A stretch of DNA of 64,000 nt from Octopus sinensis (GCF_006345805.1 NC_043002.1:32612001-32676000); one strand, 5' to 3'. Positions 26,950-41,683 are shown, counted from the stretch's first letter. Program-made: numbers and translations. Notes: generated from the sequence alone by a model not told the origin.

Positions 26950-27340
26950 CTTTACATGGCCGGGTTCAGTCCCACTGAGTAATACTTTGGGAAAGTATCC
27001 TCTACTATAACCTCAGGTTGATCAAAGCCTTGCGAGTGGATTTGGGTGATAGAAACTGAAAGAAGCTCATTGTATGTGTGTGTTTGTGTGTGTGTGTCTG
27101 TGTGTGTGTGTGTGCGCGCGTGTGTGTATATATATGTATGTCCTTGTATCTTGACCACTGCTTGACCACATGTGTCTGTGTGTTTACCTCCTTGTAATTT
27201 AGCGGTTCAAAAATAGAAACCATAGAATAAACACGAAGCTTTACAAATAAGTCCTGAGGTTGATTTGTAAGACTAAATACCCTTTCAAGGCGGTGCCCTG
27301 CTATCGCCATTGTCAATTGACTGAATCATGCAAACGATAC
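26950..27340 (+). mobile_element. Diverged SINE family B copy (partly inside the large palindrome)
   Basis: Colinear with the 23352 copy; mirrored on minus at ~29335-29580. Confidence 0.75.
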
Positions 27341-27574
27341 AAGCTAAATGATATACCTACTAATACCTATGCATTATATAAAATTACGATCTATATGACG
27401 TTGAAGGGAGTAAACGTTGTGAAAGCAGAATTGACACATGATATACATTAAAAGTAAATAACAAAATTAGAAGTTAATATAATATTGCCCTAAATTTCTC
27501 TTCGGCACTACTCTATCTATGAACTTTTTATAGCACTTTCAGTGCGGGTACGTTTATGCTCTTATATAAGTGAA

Positions 27575-27610
<36 letters not shown>

Positions 27611-28251
27611 TATAAGTAATATATAAATATATGCATATATAAATACATATATGAACATACCTACATATATATGTATATATATATACATGCATATATGGGT
27701 ACAGGACATAAAAAAAAACGTTGAACACAATGAGGAACGAAAACATAAAAACAAAAACTTAGAAACGACTTTTTTTCAAACAACGAAAAAACAGAGAAAC
27801 AAGACATACAACACAAAGACTATTCCCCTTCTTCAGTTGCCCCTGTTTCATCTACTCCGCGTTCGAAGGTAAGGACAAGATGCGACTTAGTTGAAACAGC
27901 CCTTCCCACAAAGCAAATTAAATAAAATTGGGATTTTTTGCGGAAGGTGAAAGTGGTAACAAGAACAGGACAGTGGGGAAAAAAACCCAGTAAAGACAGA
28001 ACATTGATAACAAAACAGTAAAAACAAACGATGAGGGATTTTAAGTTAAGACGATGGAAAAGTTATTCTGAACGCTTAAGGAAACAGCTTATGAAGAGAC
28101 AGGATAAGCTGGTCTGGTCTTTGTGAAGATAGCAATCGGAAAGATGGCTTCCCTCTGGTCACGTGTCAGCGACGACAGAGTGGAGGAGGAGGAGTAAGAG
28201 AGAGGGAACGGTGAAGGGGAGAGGAGAAGAATAGGGAAGGGTGGGAGATAG

Positions 28252-28285
<34 letters not shown>

Positions 28286-29033
28286 GCATATATATATATA
28301 CATACATACATATATAAATATATATATATATATTTATATATGTATGTATGTATATATATATATATATATGCATATATATATATATATGTGTGTGTGTATC
28401 TCCCACCCTTCCCTATTCTTCTCCTCTCCCCTTCACCGTTCCCTCTCTCTTACTCCTCCTCCTCCACTCTGTCGTCGCTGACACGTGACCAGAGGGAAGC
28501 CATCTTTCCGATTGCTATCTTCACAAAGACCAGACCAGCTTATCCTGTCTCTTCATAAGCTGTTTCCTTAAGCGTTCAGAATAACTTTTCCATCGTCTTA
28601 ACTTAAAATCCCTCATCGTTTGTTTTTACTGTTTTGTTATCAATGTTCTGTCTTTACTGGGTTTTTTTCCCCACTGTCCTGTTCTTGTTACCACTTTCAC
28701 CCTCCGCAAAAAATCCCAAATTTTATTTAATTTGCTTTGTGGGAAGGGCTGTTTCAACTAAGTCGCATCTTGTCCTTACCTTCGAACGCGGAGTAGATGA
28801 AACAGGGGCAACTGAAGAAGGGGAATAGTCTTTGTGTTGTATGTCTTGTTTCTCTGTTTTTTCGTTGTTTGAAAAAAAGTTCGTTTCTAAGTTTTTGTTT
28901 TTATGTTTTCGTTCCTCATTGTGTTCAACGTTTTTTTTATGTCCTGTACCCATATATGCATGTATATATACATATATATGTAGGTATGTTCATATATGTA
29001 TTTATATATGCATATATTTATATATACTTATAT

Positions 29034-29112
<79 letters not shown>

Positions 29113-29590
29113 CTTATATAAGAGCATAAACGTACCCGCACTGAAAGTGCTATAAAAAGTTCATAGATAGAGTAGTGCCGAAGAGAAATTTAGGGCAATA
29201 TTATATTAACTTCTAATTTTGTTATTTACTTTTAATGTATATCATGTGTCAATTCTGCTTTCACAACGTTTACTCCCTTCAACGTCATATAGATCGTAAT
29301 TTTATATAATGCATAGGTATTAGTAGGTATATCATTTAGCTTGAATCTTTTGCATGATTCAGTCAATTGACAATGGCGATAGCAGGGCACCGCCTTGAAA
29401 GGGTATTTAGTCTTACAAATCAACCTCAGTACTTATTTGTAAAGCTTCGTGTTTATTCTATGGTTTCTATTTTTGAACCGCTAAATTACAAGGAGGTAAA
29501 CACACAGACACATGTGGTCAAGCAGTGGTCAAGATACAAGGACATACATATATATACACACACATACGCGCACACACACACAGACACACT

Positions 29591-29620
<30 letters not shown>
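27072..29620. repeat. ~2.5-kb spacerless palindrome centred near 28325
   Basis: The arms are reverse complements with only a few substitutions and TA-length differences; mirrored ORF pairs appear in the track (27260/29232, 27005/29367, 28089/28241). Confidence 0.95.
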
Positions 29621-29628
<8 letters not shown>

Positions 29629-29639
29629 CATAATCTTAA

Positions 29640-29802
29640 CTTATCTTATAACTTATAAAATCGAAGTAGTAGGGTGGGTTATCATATGATAAACTGAGAA
29701 AGGTACATGAGCAATAGTGTGAAAGGAAACAAGGTCCACAGTGAGGACAGAGTTGTGCAAGTAACAAATATGGACTGATTGAAAGCTTCCATATTTGTCG
29801 CT

Positions 29803-29857
<55 letters not shown>

Positions 29858-30263
29858 TCTCTCTCTCTCTCTCTCCCTCGCGTCTCTTTGTCTCTCATTC
29901 TCTGTTTGTCTACCGAGCTAATCGACTTTTTCGTTTTCCACATGAAACGGAAAATAAGGCTGGAGAAGAAATGCCTGTCGCAAAGTGTGTTTCGTAAAAG
30001 ATGGAAGTCGCAAGTATGTTGCGAGTGAAAGAACCTGTTTAATCGAGAATGTAAAAAAGGAGAAAGCAAAGTCTTCAGTGTGGATATGTGGTTTGTGGGG
30101 TCAACCGCGTCCTCCGCTTCATTTTTTGTTATTCACTCATTCTCATTTAATTGTATATATTTTAATTGTTTGTTTGTTCATACGTTTCGTCTCATTCGAT
30201 ACCCTGACCCCAACATTTGTTTTGTCCCCTCTTTTTCTCAACCTTATGGTGAACAAAGAAATA

Positions 30264-30307
<44 letters not shown>

Positions 30308-32990
30308 AGTACACACATACATACACACTCACAAATCTATAGACAAGTATTTGGCAACGTTTAAACCAAAATTATCCGGAAATAACTGAAGTATTCCTTT
30401 TTTTTTTTTTGCCGTTTATGAACAGACGATAAAGTTATCGTGTACTAAAGACTCAGTGTCAATTCACTTTTCTTTTCCCGAAGACGACATTTCAAGTCAA
30501 CAATGAAGGTGAACTATCTTATTAATTTCGTTTTTTTATTATTTACAAAATTATAATCACTCATTTATGTATCGCAAAGATAAGAAGACAGATTTCTAAA
30601 GGGGAAATTGCTATCACCTGGTATCTTATGCCACTTTGTTGTAATTTTCCGATACGTTCTGTTCACAAAACCATCTAAAGTTTGAACTGAATTCGGTCCT
30701 TTACTGAATTTATTGAAAAATATTCAACAAATACATTAATTTATTGATTGACTCTTTTAATAAAGGAATGGGTGACGGTAACTGTATGTTCAGATGTGTG
30801 ATACCCTTATTCAAAGACAACAGAAATTACCAAATTCTCCGGGAAGAATCCGTACGCTACATATGCAATAATTGCAAGTATTTTCATTCTTTTATTCCTA
30901 ATGCAGAAATACCAAGCATACATGATTATGGATGGAACATACGACGGTAATTTTGAACTGGCTACTATTAGTGAATTGTACAATTTTGCAATTCAGGTTC
31001 ATCACAAAAATGACGATGAAATTATTCTTCTTCCGTTCACTGTTTGCGGTCGAGCATTTAGAGAAAGGAAGATTTCAGTGTTATATAGTGACGAAATTGA
31101 CAATGGCTACTACGATACTCTCTTTCCCATGAACAATCATGAGCATGAAACAAATACTGAAAGAAATGAAATATCACAAGACAGTAAAAAAGACAAAAGA
31201 ATGAGAATTCAAACACTTCGTATGAAAATTGTAGAAGAAAATAAAAAAACATCATAAAATTCGGTTGCAAAAAAATGAAGGAATATGAGAGGAGGACAAG
31301 AGAGCAAGAAGGAGATAAAGATAGGAAAATAAGATTGCAAAGAAGGAAAATTATAGAAATAAAAAAAAGTGCAAGAAAATAAAAAAGACAAAGAAATACG
31401 GTTGCAAAAAAGGAGGGAAAAAGGGTAGAATAAATAGAAAACAAGAGAATGAAAGCGACCGAAAAATACGACTAAAATAGAGAAAGAGCTTTCTAGTAAA
31501 AGTCAGCGGAAAAAGTATAGATAATTTCAATGGTAAGGTGTAGCATTTAATTATGATCCTAATACTAATTATGCAACTGAAAAAATTGTCTCCTTCGGCT
31601 CTATATGTGAAACATGTGGAGAGTGTGATGCTAGGGAGTGGGACAAGAAATCATTAAGCATGTTTTGTTCTAAAGGTAAGGTCCATTTACCAATAATTGA
31701 GCCTCAAAAACATATAAAACATCTTTTGGGTACCACTTCATAATCAAAATACTTTCTTAAATATATTTGAGCATACAATTGTGTTTTTCAAATAACATCA
31801 TTTAGGGCAAAAATTATTAGGGGAAATGGGTTTATGCTGCCTTTTAAAGTACAAGTGCAAATTTATCACAGAATTTGCTCTCTTAAGCCTTTACAGAATA
31901 AAGATCCAAAATGTTTACAAATATATTTTATAGGAGTGCGTTCAGAAGGAAGTACATTGTCGAAACAAGAACTGTCCAGGTTCAAGAATGGAAATTATTT
32001 TTAAGCCGCAAGAAATGCTTCACAAAAAGAATTCTTATGTGGGAAGCTTTCAGTATGCTTTAGAATATACTTCAGCGGCGGATTTTCAAGTTGTCATCGA
32101 TGCCGACAAAAGACCGGCCGGAGAACATGTCCATCGATTCAATGTTCCTGAGTGCAATGAAGTGGCTATTATTATGGTTGAAGAAAAACATGGTAAACGA
32201 GATATTGCTTTGAAATATCGTGACAATAGCATCACGTTCATAAATGAAACCCATCATTCATATGATGCTTTACAATATCCCTTGTTTTTTAAGGCAGTGA
32301 GCTGGCAGAAACTTTAGCACGCCGGGTGAAATGCTTAACAGTATTTCGTCTGTCTTCATGTTCTGAGTTAAAATGCCGCCGAGGTTGACTTTGCTTTTCA
32401 TCCTTTCGGAGTCAATAAATTAAGTACCGGTTGCGTACTGGCGTCTCTCTAATTGACTGCCCCTCCCCACTCTCCTCAAAAATGGTGGGCCTTGTGCCTA
32501 GAGTAGAAAAGAATAACCCTTGCTTTTTGCTAATGGAGAGGATAGCTATCACTTTGGTATACCACTAGTTGGAGGAATCACTTCCAAAAGAACTGTATTC
32601 TGTATGGATTATTATGCTCATCGATTGGTAATTCGAAGTAATTCGTTTAATCATCTTCACTATTCCCAAGATCTTTTTCACCAGTATGGTGTTGACATGT
32701 ATGCCAATTTAGAGTCGAAGAGATTGTGCTACATAGAAATACACCAAAAAGGACTACGTTCAGAATCATATGTGCATTTAAGAGATGTCATTAAGAATGA
32801 CATTGCTGGGCCAGGGCTTGGCCAACTTAGTATTCTCCCATCCAGTTTTAGAGGAAGTCCAAGATATATGCACGAGAAGACAGAGCATGCCATGACATAC
32901 ATGCGTAATTATGATGTCTTGATCTTTTCACAACTTTTACTTACAATCCCAAATGGAACGAAATCCAAGCTGAACTTTTTCCAGGACAGT
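29640..32990 (+). mobile_element. Degenerate Helitron: OTU protease domain plus N-terminal Rep/helicase region
   Basis: GDGNCMFR and GNFELATISELYN...LYSD...GYYD (OTU); K/E/R-rich stretch; HVHRFNVPECNEVA, RDIALK, HHSYDALQYPL, LFHQYGVDMYANLESKRL, LRSESY, ILPSSFRGSPRYM (Helitron_like_N). The 5' boundary is approximate. Confidence 0.88.
32290..32516 (+). mobile_element. SINE family A inserted in the Helitron ORF with ~11-bp TSD
   Basis: gagctggcagaaac...gtgcctagagtagaaaagaataa flanked by cccttgttttt (32279-32289) and cccttgctttt (32517-32527). Confidence 0.88.
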
Positions 32991-32994
32991 TATA

Positions 32995-34215
32995 CATCAG
33001 GTGTTGATAGTTTCGATCTTATTCCGTCCGTTTAATTTCGACTTAAGGATCAGTCTCAGTCTGCGTAAGTACTCCACATTAAATTTCTCTGTCATTTCTT
33101 TCTCCATTAATTTCTCCATTTCCAAAATCCCCAAGTACTTATAGCCCGTCTCTTCTATCTGCTTCACAACCTCCCCCGACGGTATCGTTAGCCGTCCATA
33201 CATTTGATTTTGCCTCTCTTCAATACTAACAAACTACACTTTCTCAGTACGAACTCCATTCTGATATTAGCACAGAAGGTATATACCGTATCAACGAGAG
33301 AACTGCCTTGGGCTTCATCCTTACCATAAACTTTGAGGTCATCCATGAATAACAAATGGTTGACTTTTTGTTGGCGGCTTTTCAGTACATACCTAGCTTT
33401 TGCTTTCTTCAGAATCAGTGTCAGTGTTATCAAGCACTGTACAAAGATCAGTGGGGACAGGAAGTCCCCTTTGAAGATGCCCCACCTGATTTCTACTGTC
33501 CCTAAACTTCTTCCGTATGCTATCAGGTCCGTCCTCCAATTCGCCATAATATTTCCAAGCAATCGATCAACATTCGATGCGATCCCAAACAGGTTCATAC
33601 ACTCCATAATCCAAGAATGTGGGATCATATTGTATGCCTTACGATAGTCGATCTATGACATGGCTAAGTTACTTTTCCTCATCTTGCAGTCTCTGAGTAC
33701 AGTTTTATCTATCAGGAGTTGATCCTTGGTACCTCTGCAATTACGCTTGCAACCCTTCTGCTCATGTGGCAGGACTCCATTTTTTCTAGGTGCTTGTACA
33801 TTGACTCTGCGAGTATTCCAGTCAATAACTTCCACATAAATGGCAAACAGGATATCGGCCTTTAATTGTCTGCCGTGTTGCCTTTTTTCGATGTTTTTTC
33901 AAGCACAGTATTGTCCTACCAAATGTCAACCACTCTGATGTTACTTTGTCGGCATTGAACAAGGTGTTGAGTTGCGCAGCTATTCGTGCACGACATTCAC
34001 CAAATCTTTTGATCCAGTAGCCTTGAACTTCATCTGGTCCCGGTGCCTTCCAGCTGCTCATTTTTTTGCTGATTTCCTTCACTTCCCAAACAGAAATGAC
34101 TAGTTCTGCCTGTTTTGGAGAGACTACTATTTGTTTCAGTTCTTGCAACCATTCAGCACCCTTCTTGTACTCCTTGTCTTTGCTCCAGAGGGTGGAGGAA
34201 TAGTACAAGTAGCAT
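32995..34215 (-). mobile_element. R4/Dong-clade LINE reverse-transcriptase fragment
   Basis: WKAPGPDEVQGYWIK, GIFKGDFLSPLIF, HLLFMDDLKVY, YKYLGILE, LNGRNKIETINT; frameshifted. Confidence 0.88.
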
Positions 34216-34830
34216 AAAATATAAGAACTGCAAAAAACTGATCTCATTCGTGCTTCTTACCTCGTAAGAAAACATCGTCAATTCGAAAATAGTTGATTGT
34301 TTAAAAAGTCGCTCAAATGATAACATCAACAAAAACAGCAACAGCAGCAGCAACAACAACAACAACAACAATAAGAACAAATAAGGAGGAGGAGGAAGAG
34401 GAGGCATAGTAGTAGAAGGAATGAGAAGAAGCGGAGGAGGACAACGACGAAGACAACCATGACGTGATTATATTGAATTTAAAAGAAGTAAGTCGGCAAA
34501 TGAATTTTCAGGGGAAGAAACTCCTCAGTAACATTTTAAATAAAAGGTAAGTAACTCTTCGACGGGCTAGAGAAGATTATTTATGTGACGTGCAAAAATT
34601 TTGAATGCGTTGATAGTGACCTCATGTGTCCACAACAAAAGACTTCATTTTTAAGCTGGGTATATCACGGGGCACAACATCCTTGAACAGAAAAGCTGTT
34701 TTCACAAGCAGGTCATATCATATCCTTAAAATAGCAGCTAAATTTCCATGAACTCACACTACACATATTTTTAGAAGTGTTAAACTGAAGGAGATATCTA
34801 CAAGTATATAACTGCATTGATCATACTTCA

Positions 34831-34917
34831 GGAAGAAGAAGAAGAAGAAGAAGAAGAAGAAGAAGAAGAAGAAGAAGAAGAAGAAGAAGAAGAAGAAGAA
34901 GAAGAAGAAGAAGAAGG
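34831..34917. repeat. (GAA)n microsatellite
   Basis: Direct reading. Confidence 0.95.
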
Positions 34918-35101
34918 CATGCAATATATATCGGGTGCAGATTGCATCAATAAACAGCTGAAGGATTGAGGCGTCCACCTGGGATTAGAATGGTAGTTGC
35001 GTCGTTTCCTACATGGCGATAAACATTACTGCTCAGTATAGTTCCTGCTTTCATCTCCTATAGACATATTCAAACTCGCTATCTTGGTCGTCACACACAC
35101 G

Positions 35102-35189
<88 letters not shown>

Positions 35190-35359
35190 TTAAAACAGGT
35201 GTTCAAATAAAGTGTACGCCATCTAACGAGAGTAAATATTGCTTTTTGTGACCACCTCACAAGTAAGGCCCACGCCTGAAGAACGTACATGGGTTCAATG
35301 CGTGAAACTTTTAGTAGCGTGGGCCATACGTGTGAGGTGGTCATAAAAACAATATATGT

Positions 35360-35440
<81 letters not shown>

Positions 35441-35488
35441 GACAGACAGACATACAAACAGATGGAGAGACGGACAGAGAAAAAGATG

Positions 35489-35522
<34 letters not shown>

Positions 35523-37406
35523 TGTATGTATGTATGTACGTGCAGCTAAGTGGGCTGGGTCATATGACATTTCTTTCTGTTCGAACTCGTTTCCTTGCCG
35601 TATTGTATTGCTTCTGTATGTTTTGTAATGGGACTTGTGCTCGAGTCCTTTTTTTCTATTAGTTTCTGTATTTTGAGTTGTGTGTGTGTTATTAATTATC
35701 GGCAGCAAAATTAAGAAATGGGTCCCTCTTTTCAGAGTGAACTTTTTGACAGAAAACCACCCCCCGGCCGCGTACTTTAGATTCTTTCGTATTGAGAATG
35801 CCAAAGGATTACATAACGAAATTCCCCGCTATTTCTTCAGAGTTTTATCAATGAGCACAGCTCTCCCTTTCGACTGTTTAAAAAGAAATTAAAGAAACTT
35901 GTTGCAGCATTCGTTAAAAGCATTCAAATACCGTGCGCTAATGCTTGTTTGCTTGTTTTCTGTCCGTATAGAGGTTACTACGTGTTCGGGCGTGAATTGT
36001 ATAAATACAAATACTATATTAATTGATCTATAATCGAGAAATAGCACACTTTCGTTCACAGTTCCGAAGTAAATGTTGTCGCATCACTTTGTGTTTTTTA
36101 AAGTTTCACGCATAAATTTTGCTACGGCAACGCATAGTTTTGACATCGTAATTCCACGTGATGTTCACCAATTTTTGAAGAATCATTCGTTTCCCTGATT
36201 TGACATACACTAAGAAATTGTTTTCTTTCACTTTTTAGTTGTTTCTTAAATCCAGCTTCATGACGCCCTTAGAAATTAATATTTCCTCCAGAAAGCGCCG
36301 TGATGTATGTCCATCGTGTTCGTTATTTGCTGCGGAGTATTATCATTATTATCATTATTATTTACATTATTATTGCTTATTTTATACGAGCTACTCCAAG
36401 TTCCACCCAGAGATATCAAGTAACACCAACTTAGACGTTTTACAATGCGATATATCTATGATTAGCAATGAATTATCGCACGCAAAGCAGACTAAAATCT
36501 CAGTGCTTTGTTTCTACTAAATATGTAATATTTTAGGTTTGAGCGACTTTTAAGATAATCAGTTATTTTCAATTTGAGAATGTTTTCTTACGATATATTT
36601 TTTTTTCATCTAGTTTCAGCTCACTAGCTGTGGCCATGCTGGGGCACCACCATATGAGTATACGCATGAAATAAGATTTTTGTAGTTCTTATATTTTGAG
36701 GATACCTAGTATTCAACGATAGTGTTTAAGAGCGGCATTTGGTAGTGTCACCAAAGATTCGTTGGTCACAGATGCAGTTGTACTTCTTAGACACTAAAGG
36801 GTCTGCATACAGTGAGCTATTTTCTTCAATCAGTAGCCTCGACTTTTAATGCCTAGGGGAAAGAGGAGATAGATAAAGGACAGAGAGGGAGGGAGATTAG
36901 ATAGAAGGAGAGAAGGGGATGAACTCTGCTCAGGCAACAAAGAGCCCAACACAGTGAGAGAGATATAAACTCACAACAACACAAAGACACACACTTTTTA
37001 AAATCAGCGATGTTACATTTGAACTTCGCTGCATGTAATTAATGAATGAAACTAAATGCAAGTTGATGATGGGGAGGTGGGGAGAGGGGGGCGACGACGT
37101 CAATGACAACAACGACGTCAACGATGACGTGGTCATGATGACAACGACGATCTACACTTGTGATTATCTTCAACCTAAAAGCAGTAAATGGTAAAGTGAA
37201 TATTCAGGGGAACAAACTTCATAATTTTTTTCAAATAGAAAGTAACTCTTCGACGCGTTATGTAACGTGCAAAATTATTGAATGCGTTGGTAATGGCAAT
37301 TCAGTAAGCCTTTACTCTATGGATCCACAACAAAAGACTTTATTTTCAAGCTGGGTATATCACAAACCACAAGACACACAAACAAAAAAGATGTTTTCAC
37401 AAATAG

Positions 37407-37444
<38 letters not shown>

Positions 37445-37814
37445 ATAATAATAATAATAATAATAATAACAATAATAATAATAATAATAACAATAATTAT
37501 GTATAAAAACAAAAGAATGAGACAACGATATTTGTAGAAATAGATGATTATTTTACGTTATAAATTAAAGCAGAGTTTCGACTGTCGGCCATTAATGGTA
37601 ACAGGGAAGTAACTCTAACGGATGGAAAAAGAAAAAAGAGAAAAATATGATAAAGTATACATAGAAATATATAGAAATATATACATACAACCATATTCTC
37701 ACAAAAAATAACATACATAGACATAAGCCACCTGCGTTCACAGCGTCTGCATACGTAAACATGCACACGAAAATGTATACGTACATGCGCGCACAAACAC
37801 ACACACACACACAA

Positions 37815-37847
<33 letters not shown>

Positions 37848-37868
37848 TGTATGTATGTATGTATGTAT

Positions 37869-37929
<61 letters not shown>

Positions 37930-38309
37930 ATATATATATAGTTGAAGTGGATAGTTATAGGCGGTGCTCCAGCATGGCCGCAGTCAAATGACTGAAACAA
38001 GTAAATGAGTAAATGAGTAAATGAGTTATAGACCCTGCAGAGACGGTTCTTTCATGATATTGGCTATCATACGTCATTTTGTTCTGATTTTGTTCTGATT
38101 TGAGAATACTTTCTTCCTATCATTCACTGTGATCACGTAAAAATGGTCAGTTTTGTTCCTTTCCTTCTTATACTAAACTATTAGAAGAAAATATACTACT
38201 TAGATGGAACTCTCCTTAGAAAAGCCATACTCAGTGCTGTCACAGAAGAACAAAACTTATAAATTAAGGCATTCAGAATAATACAAACAACAACAAACCT
38301 TTGCTTCGA

Positions 38310-40640
38310 CATTCCTGCCAAATGTATGTGGCATCAGGAAATACATTAATGCGCCAAAATGGAAAACTCGATACATAGAGTGCTGACTAGTTAAAATGCC
38401 ATCCGCATCCCATTCTTAATCTTCACAGAAACCACCTAAACAACACTCATATGAATGCCTAGGTGGGGAAAAAAATTGCTATTTGTACAGATCGCAGAGA
38501 CTGAAATAAAAGAAGCGCAACCATCTTCTCCATGGTGTCCGTTGCCATGGATATCAAGGGCTTATTTTCCGATGGCTACTGTGATTCCGTTCAACAAGGT
38601 TAAAGACATAACCATTGTCGGTCTCTACAGCCCTTCCCAAGCTCCTCTACAGTACATTCAAGAGACCCTGACCAAAATTAAATCTTTTCTTCAAAAGTAC
38701 AATTCCGAGACCGTATTCATGGTGAGTTATTTTAACACCCGTTATGTTAACTGATTTTTCAAATGTTGCGAAGGGAAGAAAATTCACCACACCAAGGCAG
38801 CAGCAGCAATAACAGAATCACTATTTAGTTTAAACAACGAAGCTTTCCTAATCCAACTAGTGCTTGAACAAACAACACATGATAAACGTTCTGGATCTGA
38901 TATTAACAAACTACTCTAGCTTCTTTTATAGCATTTCCATTGTAAAAACCTTTCTCCCGGACCAGGATATAGTACCCTGCAACCTTAGTTTCCGGCGTAC
39001 TAAAACCAAACCAGTCACTCTCGCCCCACTGCACTTATTCAGCGTCAATTTTTACAAAACAGACTGGAGAGGAATTAGAAAAGATTTGTCACTAACGGCT
39101 AATCCTTCACTCACAGTTACTCTGATATTGAAACAACATGGCAGCACTTTGAGAAAATTGGCACTTATACATGCTCGAAACACGCTTCTACGAAACTTTG
39201 CAGAAGCGAATAGAGATAGGCCCTCAAAAGACAAAAAAGTCACTAATCAGCAGAATAAAACCAATCATAAAAGAGTCAACCAGCTAAAATATTACCACTA
39301 GCAAAAACCACATTCAACAGCAATAAGAAGGCTTGAGTTTGAAAAACATCATCTGGAAATCATCATGAAAACCTACAGCGAAAATCAAAGAGATGCATAG
39401 AAAAACATGGCATTCGAAAGTAACAGAACTCAAAATTGTTCTATTCATATGCCAACAAGCATAGGAACATTGTCTCACTCGTTGGTCCACTGATTATTGG
39501 ATAACAGCATTTTCCACCAGACGCTAAAGAAACAGCAGAAGTACTGCAGAAACAATATTGTTTTGTCTTTAGCGATCAGAAATTTGAACGAACTCGATCA
39601 TCAATATATTATATTGGATATAACTTTTACTGTCTCAAACATCATTGCATCAATAAATGAAATAAAGTACTATTCTTCCCGTAGACTCTGAAAAAATGCA
39701 GACACCAACCTGCAACCCCTCTAACCAACCTCTGGCAAAATTTCGGCTATATGCCGAAACAGCTCCTATCCCAATCTGTCGTCAAACACAGCAAAATAAA
39801 AGAAATATTCGCAGATGACTTCAATCTTCGCAAAATTATCAATGGAGAAGAAGGCTGAGCCTAACAGATTGAACTCGAGTCTGATCTATGAGCTGTAAGA
39901 CAATAGGTAGACAAAAGGAAAATGCGGTTAAATGAGGAAAAATCAGAACTCAGTTGGAGTGCACTCAACAAACAATAAAATCGATATGACTCACATGAAG
40001 AGCTCTTGGATCCTCGAGACTTTCCGGTCCAGAGAGAAAGATGTCATTATTCCCCTCTTCTCCTCAAACCTAGAGTACTGCTGCCCGCCGAGTCTTCCCA
40101 CACCAAGCAAAAATCATTACAAGAATTGAATCACCCGAGAGAGCATTCATTAAAAAAAGTAAAGAGCATGGCTAGTCTTGTTACTGAGACTGCCTTAAAA
40201 TGCTCTCTCCAGCACTAACATGAGCGTTACATCATTTGCACAATGTGGGGAATATACCACCGGCATTGCCTAGACGACCTTAACATTAGATTGAGAATTC
40301 ATCCAAGGCTGGGGCTATGTGTCATACACTTACAACAACACACAAACTCGCATTACATAAATTCACTGCAACAAATTTTCTTTTCTTCTGCTGTGTTTAA
40401 CATTATACCAAAGTAATTAAAAGAAGAAAAAAAAACATCCCATCACCTTTAAAGGAAACTTAAACACATTTCTTAAAGGAATTCCAGTTAAGTTATCAAT
40501 ACCTAGATACATCTCTGTCAACAACAACTCCCGATTTGAATGCGTTAAAATACCACAAAACTAAAAATAGCTTAACAGATTCTATCAGGTGGTGCTGTTA
40601 AGTTAGACGTGGCCTCGGTCAATTTTTAGCCGAAACATGT
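38310..40640 (+). mobile_element. Old, deleted CR1/L2-type LINE related to the 41684 and 56841 copies
   Basis: APE-like IVGLYSP and NVLDLILTN; LETFRSREKDVIIPLF...LEYCCP; 3' UTR caggtggtgct.ttaagttagac.tggcc shared with the young copies. Confidence 0.75.
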
Positions 40641-41620
40641 CTTATCTCAGTTATTATTCGGTATGGTTTAACATTAATAAAAATGACGCAAAGTTTTGTT
40701 TTCATTTTGAACACATTTTTGTGATGCCAAATTTCTTAACTTTCAGAGATGAGTTCTTACAATAACATATTGGTAACATAGGGTTTGGTATAACCTATAG
40801 ATTTTCTTTGATTTGAGAGTTGCAGCGGCTCAGAGATGATGATAAAGATATTCAGAAATATATGTTTTACATGTGCTTTATATCTTATGACCAAGGCAGG
40901 TGCAGCTCTCTAATCCTGTAGAACAATTCACTAAGATGACGCACCGCTGTAAAACAGACCGTTTTTTGGTCACTGCAGCAGTCCTAAACTGCTGACGACT
41001 GTTGCCAGACCCCCAAATATAATGAGTGAGACCAGATTGTACAGACTGACTCTCACTTTCAAACTACTACGCACAAAACTATTACGGAAGAAAAATCCTC
41101 CAGTGATGAAGAAGAGACGAAAATTCCAGATAATGGAGGTTAATTTTAATCGCAGTCTTAATTCTGATATAGGCGGCAGCTCTTCTTCATGACCGTAGCT
41201 TATGAAGAACTGACATTATATCTTACGTGTAAACTGACAGATCAGTGCAGATCAATTTTGTTTGATGTCGCAGAACATCTGACAATTCATTTAATAACAC
41301 AGCATAGATGGTGAGAATTGGAGTATCAGCAGAGTACAGAAAAAGTTGAGAAACATAATGATATTCTGATATTACTTCTGCTCTGTATATCAGTATATCA
41401 AAGGAGGACAGAGAGCTGTTTCATTTCTTCTCCACAAGAAACTGTATTGAAATGCTTTCGGAATGCATTCCAGATCTTTTGCGACGTTTTTAGATTAGAC
41501 AATTATATATCTCCAAGACTATTGTAATTTTAGTATGTGATTCATTACTCAACATCCAATAAGCATCGAATGTATCCTGGTTTATATAAGTCTTCATGGC
41601 TAATTATTATGATGCTATGT

Positions 41621-41683
<63 letters not shown>

